64,000 nucleotides of DNA from Poseidonia sp. (GCA_049617635.1 JBMZJQ010000001.1:17299-81298); one strand, 5' to 3'; shown: positions 43,891 to 54,130, counted from the first letter of the stretch. The notes: generated by a model from the letters alone, not told the origin. Numbers and translations: made by a program.

Positions 43891-45300
43891 ATGCAACGCC
43901 AAATCATGCGACGGGCGCTCCTCGGTGTGGTCATGGCGATGTCCATGGTGCTCGCTGGCTGTTTTGGAGACGGCAGCAGCATCGCTGAAAACGAGCAAGT
44001 GGAACCAATTTGGTCCACCTACGAACGCATCGATGAGGCTGGCCACGTCGACGAACGCATGTTCGTCACCGTTGACCTTCGCACCAACCAGAGCACCAAC
44101 ACGACGTGGGCGGTGTTTGACGCCTCCTACGGCGGAAACTGCTGCGAACACTACCTTGCCACCGACATCGACGGACAAATTCTCAACATCGGTGGAGAAT
44201 ACCCCGTGTTTTCAGAAGACCGCGGTCACGTTTGGGACACCTACATCCCCACCATCCTTCCAGACACCCAGTGCCGTACACCGGTGCCCACCAACCCCGG
44301 TAACGAAGGGTTGGGGGAGGGAAGCATCGTGCAAGCAACCAACGGCGACATCATCTCCATGTCGTGGTTCCCTTACCCGGGTGCCGACCTGAAGTTGGAC
44401 AAATTCTATGCCATTCTCTACGATGAATCCGAAGGCGAGTGGACCTGGTGTTACAACCGAATCACCGAACCCTTCTACGACCGTTCGTGGCAGGTCGAGG
44501 TGATTGGGCCCATTGAATCGAGTCTCGGCACCGGCGATTGGGCCAGCATCGTGGTGTCCAACTTCTGGCATCAAACCCAAAACGCCGGGGGCCAAATCAG
44601 CGTTGACGGCCTCAACTACTACCCGTTCCAATTCCCCGGCCGTGGCGGTGGGGACCCTGCCATTGAATTGGATTTGAACTTCACCGGCGCCGACCTCCCG
44701 GCGTACTGGGACGTGAACAAGCCCCACAAGGAAATGCGGGCCTTTCCGCTGCCTTCCGGTGGTCTCATCTTCCCCTCCTACTACAACAACGGCAACGCTG
44801 CCTACATGGATACGACCCTTTCGTGGAACGAACTCAGCGTTCAGTTCCCCTCTGAATACTGCCATATCGACCGAGCAGGAACCATCCACTGCGTGACCAA
44901 CAGCGGCACGAGTTTCACGCACTTCATGTCGAAGGACGGCGCTCAGACATGGATGAACCACACCTACGATTTGGGAGCCACCGCATCTTCCATTGAGGAA
45001 TGGGAGTTCCAAGGAAACGGTGAACTGGATTTGTTCGTTCTCAACGTGCGGTACCAATCCACCGAAGGACCCGATGTTGACACGGTCTACCATGTCCGAG
45101 GGTACTCCGAAGACATGTCACCCGACACGCTGACCTACATCGGCCAAGGCGACCTCGATTCCACCTCGGGTGCTGGAAACGATATTCGATTCGACTTTGC
45201 GTCGCTTGGTATTCTCAACGACGGTGGCGTGGTGGTCGCCTACCACGATTCAACCGACCCCGACCCGCTGTTCGCCGTTGAACTTGAACTACCGGCGTGA
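43891..45300 (+). CDS. BNR/Asp-box repeat (sialidase-like beta-propeller) lipoprotein
   Basis: Lipobox MSMVLAGC. Asp-boxes SEDRGHVW and SKDGAQTW. Confidence 0.7.
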   Translation: MQRQIMRRALLGVVMAMSMVLAGCFGDGSSIAENEQVEPIWSTYERIDEAGHVDERMFVTVDLRTNQSTNTTWAVFDASYGGNCCEHYLATDIDGQILNIGGEYPVFSEDRGHVWDTYIPTILPDTQCRTPVPTNPGNEGLGEGSIVQATNGDIISMSWFPYPGADLKLDKFYAILYDESEGEWTWCYNRITEPFYDRSWQVEVIGPIESSLGTGDWASIVVSNFWHQTQNAGGQISVDGLNYYPFQFPGRGGGDPAIELDLNFTGADLPAYWDVNKPHKEMRAFPLPSGGLIFPSYYNNGNAAYMDTTLSWNELSVQFPSEYCHIDRAGTIHCVTNSGTSFTHFMSKDGAQTWMNHTYDLGATASSIEEWEFQGNGELDLFVLNVRYQSTEGPDVDTVYHVRGYSEDMSPDTLTYIGQGDLDSTSGAGNDIRFDFASLGILNDGGVVVAYHDSTDPDPLFAVELELPA

Positions 45301-45303
45301 GGG

Positions 45304-47307
45304 TTACTCGGGCGTTGCGAACATCTGCAGAATATCAGCGAACAAGGCCTTGGCGTGCCCGTTGCTCTTCTCCACCAACCGCTTGACGATCAGCTCAGGC
45401 GTTGACCGTGCGAGATGGTTTCGCTTGGGCGTTCGGTCCACGAGCAATTCCAAGTCTTCGCCCAAGCCGCTGGCCTCAATGCCGTCCACACGAAGGTCAT
45501 CTCGGCCCGTGGCTTCGAGAATGGCGGGTGCAAGATGCGTGACCAGCATCATCGTGGTGTCAGGCTGAGCCTCTGCTGCAAGCAGCATGCCAGCAATGAT
45601 TCGAGCACCTGCCCCAGGTTCGGTGATGGCTTCCAATTCATCAGCGAGAATGAGTTTGGGCGTCGGGTCGCTCACCACCGTGGCCAATTCCACCAGTGTT
45701 TGCTCCAGCGCCCCTGCGCTTTGGGTACCGCCTGCCTTCGCCAAAATGTGCAGGGCATCCACCTTTCCAATCCGGGCGGCCTTGGCAGGAACCGGGAGTC
45801 CCATGTGAGCGAGTATGCTGGCGTAGGCCAAACATTCCAACAGCGTGGTTTTCCCACCAGAATTGGCCCCGGTCAACAAAGCGAGCGATTGCTGGTCGCC
45901 GCTCGAAGCAGCCTGGCCAAGTCCGTAGGTGACCGCGTCAGGTTTGACACCGAGAAGCACATGTCGACCGCCGTCCAACCAAACACCGTGGGCCACAAGT
46001 TCGGGCATCACGCACCGGTCGGCATGAGCCCAACGAGCCACGGAAAGCCACTGGTCGGTTTCGATAAGGCGTTGGACGGCCAGTTCGCACGAGGCTTTCA
46101 GGGGACCGAGGGTCCTCGCCATCGACACGAGGTGCCCCGTGGTTTCCGCCTTCAATTTGGATTCCAAGGCAGCATCGATGCCGTCAATGGTTTGCCGGTC
46201 GATTTTGGCCGGCCACGAGGAGGTGAAGATGTCGAAAGGACACCGCAACGAGGCCGGTTCAAGGAAGGCCGCCAGCGTTTCTCTGGCCTGCTGCATCGCT
46301 TCTTGAATCACGTGTCCGGTCGCATCCCTGAGCTTGCGTTGAAACGCCGTCCCGTCGGCCAAGGCTTCGAGCAGTTCAGCGCCGGAGAGGGCCAATTTCG
46401 CATCGTTCATGGCGTGTTCAACTTGGTCGTTGACCTCCTGCTCAAGGGTCTTGACCGTCCCCCAAAGCTCGTCTTTGATGCGAGCCACCGCCTCGATTTG
46501 GGACGCATCGCCAAGCAAACTCAAGGCTTCAGGCAGCGCAGCAAGAGGGCGCAAGGCTTCACCGAGGGATGCCAAGGCTTCGTTCTCGGGGAAGGTACCG
46601 GATTGTACCGCTTCAACCAAATCGCACAGGATGTTCAGCGTCTTCCGGTTGTGCGTGAACCAGTCGATGGTTCGCTCAGGCAACAGGAGCGATGCATCGG
46701 GCGAGGAGCCGAGAACCAACCACCCGTCAGGGGCTTCCATCGGTGCGCCGCTTCCAACCCACGTCACGGTTTTGAACACCGTGTAATCCTTCCAAGTTTC
46801 GTTTTCAGTGGGTTGAAGCACACGGCAAAATTTCTTCAGATGCTCGAGCGGTTCATGGCAGACGACCACGCGTTCATATCGTTCTTGGCGCTCTTTGAGG
46901 CGGGTCAATCCCTGCCAGGCGGTTCGTTGTTCAGCCAACCAGACTGGATCAAGTTCCATGGCAGCGGCGACCAACGTTCGACGGGGGTGCGGATTGGCCA
47001 CCGGCGTGAGCAAACCCATTCGTTCCTTGGTGGCTGCGCAAGCGGCAAAGGATTGGAGATGGTTGAGCAGGTTTTGGTGAAGTTTTCTGGCTTCCTTCGT
47101 AGCGAGGAACTGCCCTTCATCCCCTGCATATTGACGGGCGAGACTGAGGGCTCGTTTCACGGAAAGACCCTCCACTTCCGCCAAGCGACCGACATCGCCT
47201 GCAGCCAGCGTGGTCATCACCGCATCCTCGGAGCCAAAATGCTCGGTCATTTTGCTTGCCATACGCTCGCTGACACCCGGAATTGAAGTCAACACCATGC
47301 TGACCAT
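45304..47307 (-). CDS. MutS-related ATPase (MutS domain V) with N-terminal HhH region; no obvious mismatch-binding or Smr domain
   Basis: Walker A LLTGANSGGKTTLLECLA and Walker B LILADELEAITEP. The N-terminus SIPGVSERMASKMTEHFG is HhH-like. Confidence 0.8.
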   Translation of the reverse strand: MVSMVLTSIPGVSERMASKMTEHFGSEDAVMTTLAAGDVGRLAEVEGLSVKRALSLARQYAGDEGQFLATKEARKLHQNLLNHLQSFAACAATKERMGLLTPVANPHPRRTLVAAAMELDPVWLAEQRTAWQGLTRLKERQERYERVVVCHEPLEHLKKFCRVLQPTENETWKDYTVFKTVTWVGSGAPMEAPDGWLVLGSSPDASLLLPERTIDWFTHNRKTLNILCDLVEAVQSGTFPENEALASLGEALRPLAALPEALSLLGDASQIEAVARIKDELWGTVKTLEQEVNDQVEHAMNDAKLALSGAELLEALADGTAFQRKLRDATGHVIQEAMQQARETLAAFLEPASLRCPFDIFTSSWPAKIDRQTIDGIDAALESKLKAETTGHLVSMARTLGPLKASCELAVQRLIETDQWLSVARWAHADRCVMPELVAHGVWLDGGRHVLLGVKPDAVTYGLGQAASSGDQQSLALLTGANSGGKTTLLECLAYASILAHMGLPVPAKAARIGKVDALHILAKAGGTQSAGALEQTLVELATVVSDPTPKLILADELEAITEPGAGARIIAGMLLAAEAQPDTTMMLVTHLAPAILEATGRDDLRVDGIEASGLGEDLELLVDRTPKRNHLARSTPELIVKRLVEKSNGHAKALFADILQMFATPE

Positions 47308-47396
47308 CGTTTGTCAAGGGCTTAAGAGGATGACGATGGGGGCTGCGCCAACCTCCCACTTCTTTCACCGATGGCCTGACACACACACCGTCACCC

Positions 47397-47458
47397 GAGA
47401 CTATTGAGTCTATGTGGCCAATGCAAAGAGCGTAGGGTGCATTGGGCCAACCAATGCA
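47397..47458 (+). promoter_or_regulatory. cluster of inverted repeats: AGACT-N4-AGTCT, then CCAATGCA (A) - N12 - TGCATTGG (B) - N5 - CCAATGCA (A'), with a 7-codon uORF over element A
   Basis: Read directly. A is 47418-47425, B is 47438-47445, A' is 47451-47458. The uORF is ATG 47412 to TAG 47435. The ATG of the downstream ORF (47454) lies inside A'. Confidence 0.5.
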
Positions 47459-47720
47459 GATGAGATCACGACCGGGCCGCTCGCAGCAGCCAAGTTACGA
47501 CCGCACGTGGGCTGAAATCGATGCCCTCCTCGAGGAAGCGGTCGCTGAAATGAAAACCCAGCACGCCAAGTACATGCTGAGAAAGATGACCGGCCCGAAA
47601 GAGGCAAAATACAGAGCGTTGATGAAGTTCCAACGGGCAAAAGGTATCGTTGATACCCTCAAATGGACCGTCGGTGTTCGAGGCCAACTTTCTCCGCTTG
47701 AGGAAGGCCTGGGCGAGTGA
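47454..47720 (+). CDS. small helical hypothetical protein
   Basis: 88 aa from ATG 47454 (TTG 47442 in the track). Helix-like sequence with GC3-biased codons. The competing minus-strand ORFs overlap the peptidase gene. Confidence 0.45.
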   Translation: MQMRSRPGRSQQPSYDRTWAEIDALLEEAVAEMKTQHAKYMLRKMTGPKEAKYRALMKFQRAKGIVDTLKWTVGVRGQLSPLEEGLGE

Positions 47721-47724
47721 CGCA

Positions 47725-49530
47725 TCAACACGCCCGTTGTGCTTCGTCACCGTAGGCGTGCATCGGTGCTTGGAACAACGCATCGCACGAGCGCTCAATC
47801 AGCGGCAGCGTGAGCGTCGCTTGTGACCAATCGATGGAATAACTTCCAGCGCTTGCTGGGGACGGCACGTAGTCGTACCCGGTTTGCGTCATGGTGATGA
47901 CGATGGATTCACCCGCTTCGAGGAAAATGTCCATGGGAAGGAACTCCATTTTCCCCGTCACGGTCACAAAAGGAGCCAGCACTTCTTGTCCATCACGCCC
48001 TCCGGCATGGAATCGGAAATCCATCACGGCATGGCCGAGATGCATCCCGTTCTCGTCCTCCATCGTCAGGAACCCGTGTGCACCGTTGGTGGTGTGGGGG
48101 GTGACGGGAATGTGGAAACTGGGCATACCGACGATGAAGGTGTCGTTGGCAAACGGCCCGTAGGTCATCGTGATGGAGCCGCTTGACCCTCCGATGGAGG
48201 CCCCTGACGGGCTCAAGTCGTCGCCGTTGATGTCAACGTAGGTGGTGTCTACTGGAGGATAGGTTGTCTCGAAACGCCAGCCGCCGCGGTTGTCCTGCAT
48301 TTCAACACCGAGCGTCGGTGCGCGCCCTTCGCCCTTGAGGTACCAGTTGAACCAGTAGAGCATCTCGTCCGCCCAATCCCATCGGAGGGTGTAAGGGTAG
48401 GCCTCCGCACCCTCGCCCGAAGGAAGGCTGCTGTGACCCGACTTTCGGTCTGGATAGTCGTGCGCCCACTGTCCGGCGAGCGTCTTGATTTCAATGCCTG
48501 CGTCCTCAACAAGTTGGTGGGTTGGGAACGACATGTGCGGGTCAACGTTCCAATCTTGCATGCCCTGAATGATGTAGACGGAACCGTTGTAATTGGCCAG
48601 CACGCGGTCAAGGAAGGAGCGTTCGGTCCAGTAGTCGTTGCCACCGTAGGTGACCATGCCGCCTGAGAGGTAGGCTGCAGGCCCGTTGACGTACCCTTCT
48701 ATGTAGCCTTCACAAAGGGTGTGGGCGTCTTCGGAATCACCGTCGATGCCGAAGGAGCCGTAAACGCCGTTGTGCATGATCATGCCTCGTGCCTCCATGC
48801 TGCCGTTGCGCCACATCAATTCGTGCACGCCAATGAGGCCGGACATGGGCACGATGGTCGCCAGGTGGGGGTTGCCAAAGGTCGCTGCTTGCCACGGCGT
48901 TGAGCCGTCGTAGGACTTTCCGATGATGCCGACGTTGCCGTTGGACCAAGGCTGTGTTCCAAGCCACGTCACGGCCGCATCGATGCCTCGTTGCTCATCG
49001 GTGCCCATGAGGTCCATGCAGTGGTTCGATTCACCGGTTCCGAAGACCGAGACTTGCGCTACGCCAAAACCGTGAGGCACGTAGTTTTCAATCAACATCT
49101 TGCCGAGGCGGTCGGCGGGCGTCAGCGCATCAACGTCCCCGTCATTGTAGTAAGGTCCGATTTCGGCGATGACCGGGACCTGACAGTCTGCGCTCAACGA
49201 TTCGCTCTCCCAATCGCACCCGTCGATCACCGGCAACCACAGGCCGAGATGCACCTCGGCGTCACCGGTCAACCCTGCACCGCCATCAGCAGCCGTGATG
49301 GTCTCGACCGGAACGTACACCGAGCGGACGGCGTCAATGGCGTGGGAACCGTTGACCGTCACTCGAGCGTAAATGTCCTGGTCGTTGTACACCAGGTCGG
49401 TTCGTTCCCACGGTTCGGGATAAACATCGGTGGAGGAGGGAGTGTTCGTGACGGCCTCGTCTTCACCAAAACAACCTGCGAGCATGCTGGTGGCGAAGAG
49501 CAGCACCACCAACAACGGCTTGAGGTCCAT
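47725..49530 (-). CDS. CocE/NonD family hydrolase (S15 X-Pro dipeptidyl-peptidase-like) lipoprotein
   Basis: ATG 49530 gives [20 protein letters not shown] (lipobox). Nucleophile motif GKSYDGS. The track start 49560 is TTG. Confidence 0.8.
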   Translation of the reverse strand: MDLKPLLVVLLFATSMLAGCFGEDEAVTNTPSSTDVYPEPWERTDLVYNDQDIYARVTVNGSHAIDAVRSVYVPVETITAADGGAGLTGDAEVHLGLWLPVIDGCDWESESLSADCQVPVIAEIGPYYNDGDVDALTPADRLGKMLIENYVPHGFGVAQVSVFGTGESNHCMDLMGTDEQRGIDAAVTWLGTQPWSNGNVGIIGKSYDGSTPWQAATFGNPHLATIVPMSGLIGVHELMWRNGSMEARGMIMHNGVYGSFGIDGDSEDAHTLCEGYIEGYVNGPAAYLSGGMVTYGGNDYWTERSFLDRVLANYNGSVYIIQGMQDWNVDPHMSFPTHQLVEDAGIEIKTLAGQWAHDYPDRKSGHSSLPSGEGAEAYPYTLRWDWADEMLYWFNWYLKGEGRAPTLGVEMQDNRGGWRFETTYPPVDTTYVDINGDDLSPSGASIGGSSGSITMTYGPFANDTFIVGMPSFHIPVTPHTTNGAHGFLTMEDENGMHLGHAVMDFRFHAGGRDGQEVLAPFVTVTGKMEFLPMDIFLEAGESIVITMTQTGYDYVPSPASAGSYSIDWSQATLTLPLIERSCDALFQAPMHAYGDEAQRAC

Positions 49531-49579
49531 GAAACCACGTGAACAAGGCGGTGCTTTCAATCAATCGGCAGACTGTGTT

Positions 49580-49951
49580 TCAATCGTCGTTGCCTTCGTT
49601 GGCTTCCATCTCGGCACGGACTTCATCCATGTCCAACTCCTTCAGTTTTTCAACCAAATCTCGCAACGCTGCCTCGGGCAAGGCACCAGGCTGCATGAAC
49701 ACGCCGATACCCTCCTTGAACGCAATGGTGGTGGGGATGGAACGAATACCGAACATGCCGGCAAGCGCTTGCTGTTCTTCGGTGTCAATTTTCCCAAACA
49801 CCACGTCGGGGAACTCCTCTGAGACGCGCTCGTACACCGGGCCGTAGGCCTTGCAGGGGCCGCACCATTCCGCCCAAAAGTCCAGAATGACCAGCGTGTT
49901 GTTTTCGATGGTCTCAGCGAAGATGGGTTCAGTTAATTCAACGGTTGCCAT
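49580..49951 (-). CDS. trxA: thioredoxin with acidic C-terminal extension
   Basis: WAEWCGPCK active site. GAAAAAGGGTAAAC lies about 25 nt upstream of the ATG, so the transcript may be leaderless. Confidence 0.9.
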   Translation of the reverse strand: MATVELTEPIFAETIENNTLVILDFWAEWCGPCKAYGPVYERVSEEFPDVVFGKIDTEEQQALAGMFGIRSIPTTIAFKEGIGVFMQPGALPEAALRDLVEKLKELDMDEVRAEMEANEGNDD

Positions 49952-50017
49952 GTGGAAACCTAACGTTTACCCTTTTTCAAGCCATGTGAGAATACAACAA
50001 ACATCGGAGTCTTCCTT

Positions 50018-52573
50018 ATGTGCTGGCAGAGTGTCGACGACTCCATGCAAAAGTGGATGCTTTCGCTGCTGCTCGGTGGCCTCTTCTTGACGGCGAGCAT
50101 GACGCCCGTGCTCCAACCCGCAACCCAACCAAGTGTTTCGGAAGTCGCCGCCCGAGGTGCGAGCGATATTCGCATCAGCGAAATTTTGGTTTCTGCGTCG
50201 AGTCCGGACTACAACGGAACGGATTGGAATGGAGATGGAGACATCGGCTCGGTATCGGACCAATTCATCGAACTGTGGAACACCGGCGCTGAACCCGTGG
50301 ATGTTTCCGATTGGATCTTGGACGACATCACCGACGGTGGCTCCGCACCTTGCCGGCTGGCATGGAACACCACCGTCGCCCCCAACGACTACATCGTCAT
50401 TTTTCGCGCCAGTTCCCGAATAGAACTGGATTATTGGAACGATGAAACGGTCACCATCTCCGATGCATCAGGCAACGTCATCGACACGCTGTCCTATCCT
50501 GCCGAAGACTCGTGGTGGGACACTTCCTATGTCAAAGGCCTCAACGGCACCGTCACGAAAGTTGACCCGCCCACACCGGGTTGGGGAGACGACAGTTCGT
50601 ACGGCGTGGCGCAAAACATGGTTCGCTGTTATGGAATGACCGACAACGTGCACACGGGAGCCTACGTGCTCAAGGGCCGAATCGTTCCGATGACCGGTGA
50701 GGCCGACGTCATCAACGAAGGTCACCTCTTGATCAAAGACGGCATGATCGAAGCCGTTTGGGAAAACGACGTTCCTTCCAACATTCAACTCACCAACGTC
50801 CCCGTTTTGGAGACCAACGGGACCATCTACCCCGGCCTCATCGACCTTCACAATCACCTTCACTACAACCAAGCACCCCTCTGGGAAATGACGCCACACC
50901 TTTCGGAACAGAACCGCAACCCTTGGGGCGGGTACAACAATCGCTACGAATGGAAAAACCACCCCGATTACAGCGAACAGGTCACCAAACCGAAAATGCT
51001 CGTTCACTCCGGCCCCTATTGGAACATGGAATCGCAAGCGATGAAGTACATCGAAATGAAGTCCATCGTCGGTGGAACCACCGCCGCCCAAGGCAGCCCC
51101 AGCAACCCCGATGACAGTTACGCTACGGTCCTGGCCCGCAACATCGAGGACTACAACTTCGGAAGGGACGAAATCCACACCAAGGTCACCGAACTGACCT
51201 CGGACTACGTTGGCAACCACATCAAAACCGGCAACGCCAGCGGCGAACTCGACGCGTGGTTCATCCACATCGCCGAAGGCGTTGACGAATCAAGTCGTGC
51301 TGAATTCGATATCCTCGTTCAGAACAACCTTCTCGTGGGCGAATTGGTCCTCATTCACGGCGTAGCGCTTGGCGAACCGGAATTCACCAAGATGGCCGAG
51401 GTGGGCGCGAGTCTTGTGTGGTCGCCTCTGTCCAACCTGTTGCTCTACGGTCAAACCGCCGATATCGCTGCAGCCAAAGCAGCGGGTGTCCACATCACCT
51501 TGGCTCCCGATTGGGCTCCCTCCGGGTCAAAGTCACCGCTGCATGAACTGAAGGTGGCCGACCTGTGGGACGATGAGATGCTTGGCGACATCTTCACCGA
51601 TTACGAACTGGTGGAAATGGTGACCTCCGGCGCAGCCTACGCCACCAACTGGCAAAACGATGTTGGCACCCTCACGCCCGGTACGGCGGCCGACCTCGTC
51701 GTGATCGACAACATCCACACCAATCCCTATCGAAACCTCATCAACGCCGTTGACCCTGATGTTCGTCTCTCGGTGGTGGGTGGTTTGGCAATCTACGGTG
51801 ATGAGGACTTGATGACGGCGCTCAAGGGCGACGACCACGAACCTGCTGGCAAGTTTGACAAGGTGCTCGACGTCACCTTCCTCGCAGCCCCGGAAGGCGC
51901 TCAGACATGGGCCAGCATCACCGAGAACCTGACGATGGCGATGCGCTTTGACGTGGAAGAAATGACCGCCGCCTTCGGTGACGCCAACGACTTCGATGGG
52001 GTTATCGCAGGAATGTCGGAAGTCGGTCTCGACCCCTGGTACACCTACGGCGACGAGCGCTACTTCCGAGTCCTCAACGGTTCTGCGCAAGCCAACGCTC
52101 AAATCGACCTTTCCAACCTCTACGACCGGTATTACGACCGGGCGGAAACGCTTCCTTCGGTCACCGAGTTTGAAACCGTCACGGAAACACAACCTGAACC
52201 GTGCGACGACGGTTCGTTGCCACCGTGTCAAGACGACACCGAGCAACCACAGAACAACGAAACCACCACCAACCAAACCACCGACAACACGCCTGACGAT
52301 GGCGCCTCCAACCCCGGATTGACCAAGGCCCCGGTCGACACCTCGCAAGGTGAGGAAGACATCGAACAGGTTGCGTTGATGTTGTTCTTTGGCATCATCG
52401 TCGTCATGCTGGTGGCGCTCTTCCTCGTATCAAGAGGAAGTGAAGATGCGCTGGCACAAGAAGTCCACATCGAGAAAATGTGGGACGAACAAGAGCAAGC
52501 CCTGGGGGCAGCGGAGGTTGGATTTGTTCCTGCACCGCCGCCGTTGTCAGCGCCGCCCAACGAAGAAGAGTGA
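50018..52573 (+). CDS. extracellular lamin-tail-domain (LTD) plus amidohydrolase-superfamily enzyme with C-terminal TM anchor
   Basis: LTD: IRISEILVSA...DQFIELWNTGAEPVDVSDWILDD. Amidohydrolase: PGLIDLHNHLHYN (HxH), HIAEG, LIHGV, APDWAPSGS. TM: VALMLFFGIIVVMLVALFLV. Alternative start ATG 50045 (MQKWMLSLLLGGLFL). Confidence 0.8.
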   Translation: MCWQSVDDSMQKWMLSLLLGGLFLTASMTPVLQPATQPSVSEVAARGASDIRISEILVSASSPDYNGTDWNGDGDIGSVSDQFIELWNTGAEPVDVSDWILDDITDGGSAPCRLAWNTTVAPNDYIVIFRASSRIELDYWNDETVTISDASGNVIDTLSYPAEDSWWDTSYVKGLNGTVTKVDPPTPGWGDDSSYGVAQNMVRCYGMTDNVHTGAYVLKGRIVPMTGEADVINEGHLLIKDGMIEAVWENDVPSNIQLTNVPVLETNGTIYPGLIDLHNHLHYNQAPLWEMTPHLSEQNRNPWGGYNNRYEWKNHPDYSEQVTKPKMLVHSGPYWNMESQAMKYIEMKSIVGGTTAAQGSPSNPDDSYATVLARNIEDYNFGRDEIHTKVTELTSDYVGNHIKTGNASGELDAWFIHIAEGVDESSRAEFDILVQNNLLVGELVLIHGVALGEPEFTKMAEVGASLVWSPLSNLLLYGQTADIAAAKAAGVHITLAPDWAPSGSKSPLHELKVADLWDDEMLGDIFTDYELVEMVTSGAAYATNWQNDVGTLTPGTAADLVVIDNIHTNPYRNLINAVDPDVRLSVVGGLAIYGDEDLMTALKGDDHEPAGKFDKVLDVTFLAAPEGAQTWASITENLTMAMRFDVEEMTAAFGDANDFDGVIAGMSEVGLDPWYTYGDERYFRVLNGSAQANAQIDLSNLYDRYYDRAETLPSVTEFETVTETQPEPCDDGSLPPCQDDTEQPQNNETTTNQTTDNTPDDGASNPGLTKAPVDTSQGEEDIEQVALMLFFGIIVVMLVALFLVSRGSEDALAQEVHIEKMWDEQEQALGAAEVGFVPAPPPLSAPPNEEE

Positions 52574-54082
52574 TCAGGCCAGATCCCATTCGGGACCGGT
52601 GGCCGTGTCCGTCACGACCACGCCCAACTCGTTGAGTTGGTCACGAATAGAATCGGCAACCGCCCAGTCTTTTGCTTCACGTGCTTCTGCTCGTTGAACC
52701 AACAAGGCCTCGACTTGGTCGGCAATTTCGGCCTTCCGCGGGTCTTCTTCCGGCTCTGCCAACGCCACCTCTTGGGAGGGCAACACGCCCAAGACCCGTC
52801 CAGCGGTTTCTTCCAACAACTCCACAGCGTAATGGGCGAAGGCGTTGTGGTCAGCCGATTCCATGTCAGAACCGAGAACTTTCGTGATTTCACGTACCAT
52901 GCCGAGCACCTTGGCGACAGCTTCTCGGGAATTGAAGTCGTCATCCATCGCTTGGGCGAACCCTTCACCCATTTTTTCGAGCAACCCAAGCGATTTGCCG
53001 AGGGGCAGGGGAGAAGCAAGGTCGGGTTGGGGCAAGGCCACAGGGTTGGGGTCCTTTGCGGCCTTGAGGGCATCAACATAGCAGCCCAACAAGCGGTTGT
53101 AATTTCGCTCGGCATCGTTGAGCAAGGCCTCGTTCATGTCGATGGGTGAACGATAGTGTGCGTTGATGAGGGCAAAGCGGAGCACCATGGCATCGACTTG
53201 AGCGAGGATGTCTCGAATGGTCCAGAAGTTGTCAAGCGACTTGCTCATCTTTTCTCCATCGATGTTGACAAAGCCGTTGTGCAACCAGTGATGCACGACG
53301 GGCGAATGACCGGTGTGGCATTCGCCTTGGAAAATTTCAGCCTCGTGATGCGGGAAGCGCAGGTCATGGCCGCCGCCGTGAATGTCGAATTCCTTTTCGA
53401 AATGGTCCAACGACATGGCCGTGCATTCAATGTGCCACCCGGGCCGGCCTGGCCCCCACGGTGAGTCCCAAGTCGGTTCACCCGGTTTGGCCGCCTTCCA
53501 CAAAGCGAAGTCCTTGTGGTCTCGCTTTCCTGAACCGGTATCGTCCACGCGCCCACCAGCGCCCGAACGAACAGCATCGATGGACTGGCCGGTGAGTTGC
53601 CCGTACTTCTCCGGTGCGGACTCAACGTGGAAGTAGACGCCGTCGTTGGCTTGGTAGGCGTGCCCCTTGTCGATGAGGTCTTGCGTGATGCGAATCATGT
53701 CGTCGACGTACTCTGTGCATCGAGGGTAAACATCGGCTCTCAGAATGTTCAACGCATCCATGTCCTCGTAGTACGCCTCGATGTTGGCATCCACCAAGGC
53801 TTTCCAGTCGCCGTCCAGTTCGTTTGCACGGTGAATGATCTTGTCATCGATATCGGTGAAGTTCTGAACGTAGTGCACGTCGTAACCACTCGATTCGAGC
53901 CAGCGATGAATCAGGTCAAACGCCAAGTAGCAACGAGCATGCCCCAAATGACAGCGGTCGTACACCGTCACACCACAGACATACATCGAGACCTGTCCCG
54001 GCTTCAGGGTGGTGAAATCCACCTTTTCTCGCCGTCGGGTGTCGTGAACGCGGATGGGCATGGGCTTCGTTTGGGGCTGCAT
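52574..54082 (-). CDS. cysS: cysteinyl-tRNA synthetase
   Basis: CGVTVYDRCHLGHAR and KMSKS motifs. ATG 54082, with an alternative at 54061. The track start 54472 is an upstream extension antisense to the neighbouring gene. Confidence 0.93.
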   Translation of the reverse strand: MQPQTKPMPIRVHDTRRREKVDFTTLKPGQVSMYVCGVTVYDRCHLGHARCYLAFDLIHRWLESSGYDVHYVQNFTDIDDKIIHRANELDGDWKALVDANIEAYYEDMDALNILRADVYPRCTEYVDDMIRITQDLIDKGHAYQANDGVYFHVESAPEKYGQLTGQSIDAVRSGAGGRVDDTGSGKRDHKDFALWKAAKPGEPTWDSPWGPGRPGWHIECTAMSLDHFEKEFDIHGGGHDLRFPHHEAEIFQGECHTGHSPVVHHWLHNGFVNIDGEKMSKSLDNFWTIRDILAQVDAMVLRFALINAHYRSPIDMNEALLNDAERNYNRLLGCYVDALKAAKDPNPVALPQPDLASPLPLGKSLGLLEKMGEGFAQAMDDDFNSREAVAKVLGMVREITKVLGSDMESADHNAFAHYAVELLEETAGRVLGVLPSQEVALAEPEEDPRKAEIADQVEALLVQRAEAREAKDWAVADSIRDQLNELGVVVTDTATGPEWDLA

Positions 54083-54130
54083 GGTGATGCACTTGAAGGT
54101 TGATACGGGACCCAAGCCTCGCCGAGGCAT

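Noticed and set aside
45415-47286. 623-aa plus-strand ORF opposite the MutS-like gene
   Set aside because: Same antisense-frame artefact. The minus-strand product has Walker A/B and MutS domain V motifs, and the plus-strand translation has no recognisable features.
52571-52576. Palindromic TGATCA formed by the abutting stop codons of the convergent LTD-amidohydrolase and cysS genes
   Set aside because: It is a trivial consequence of two TGA stops placed back to back, and nothing indicates a regulatory role.
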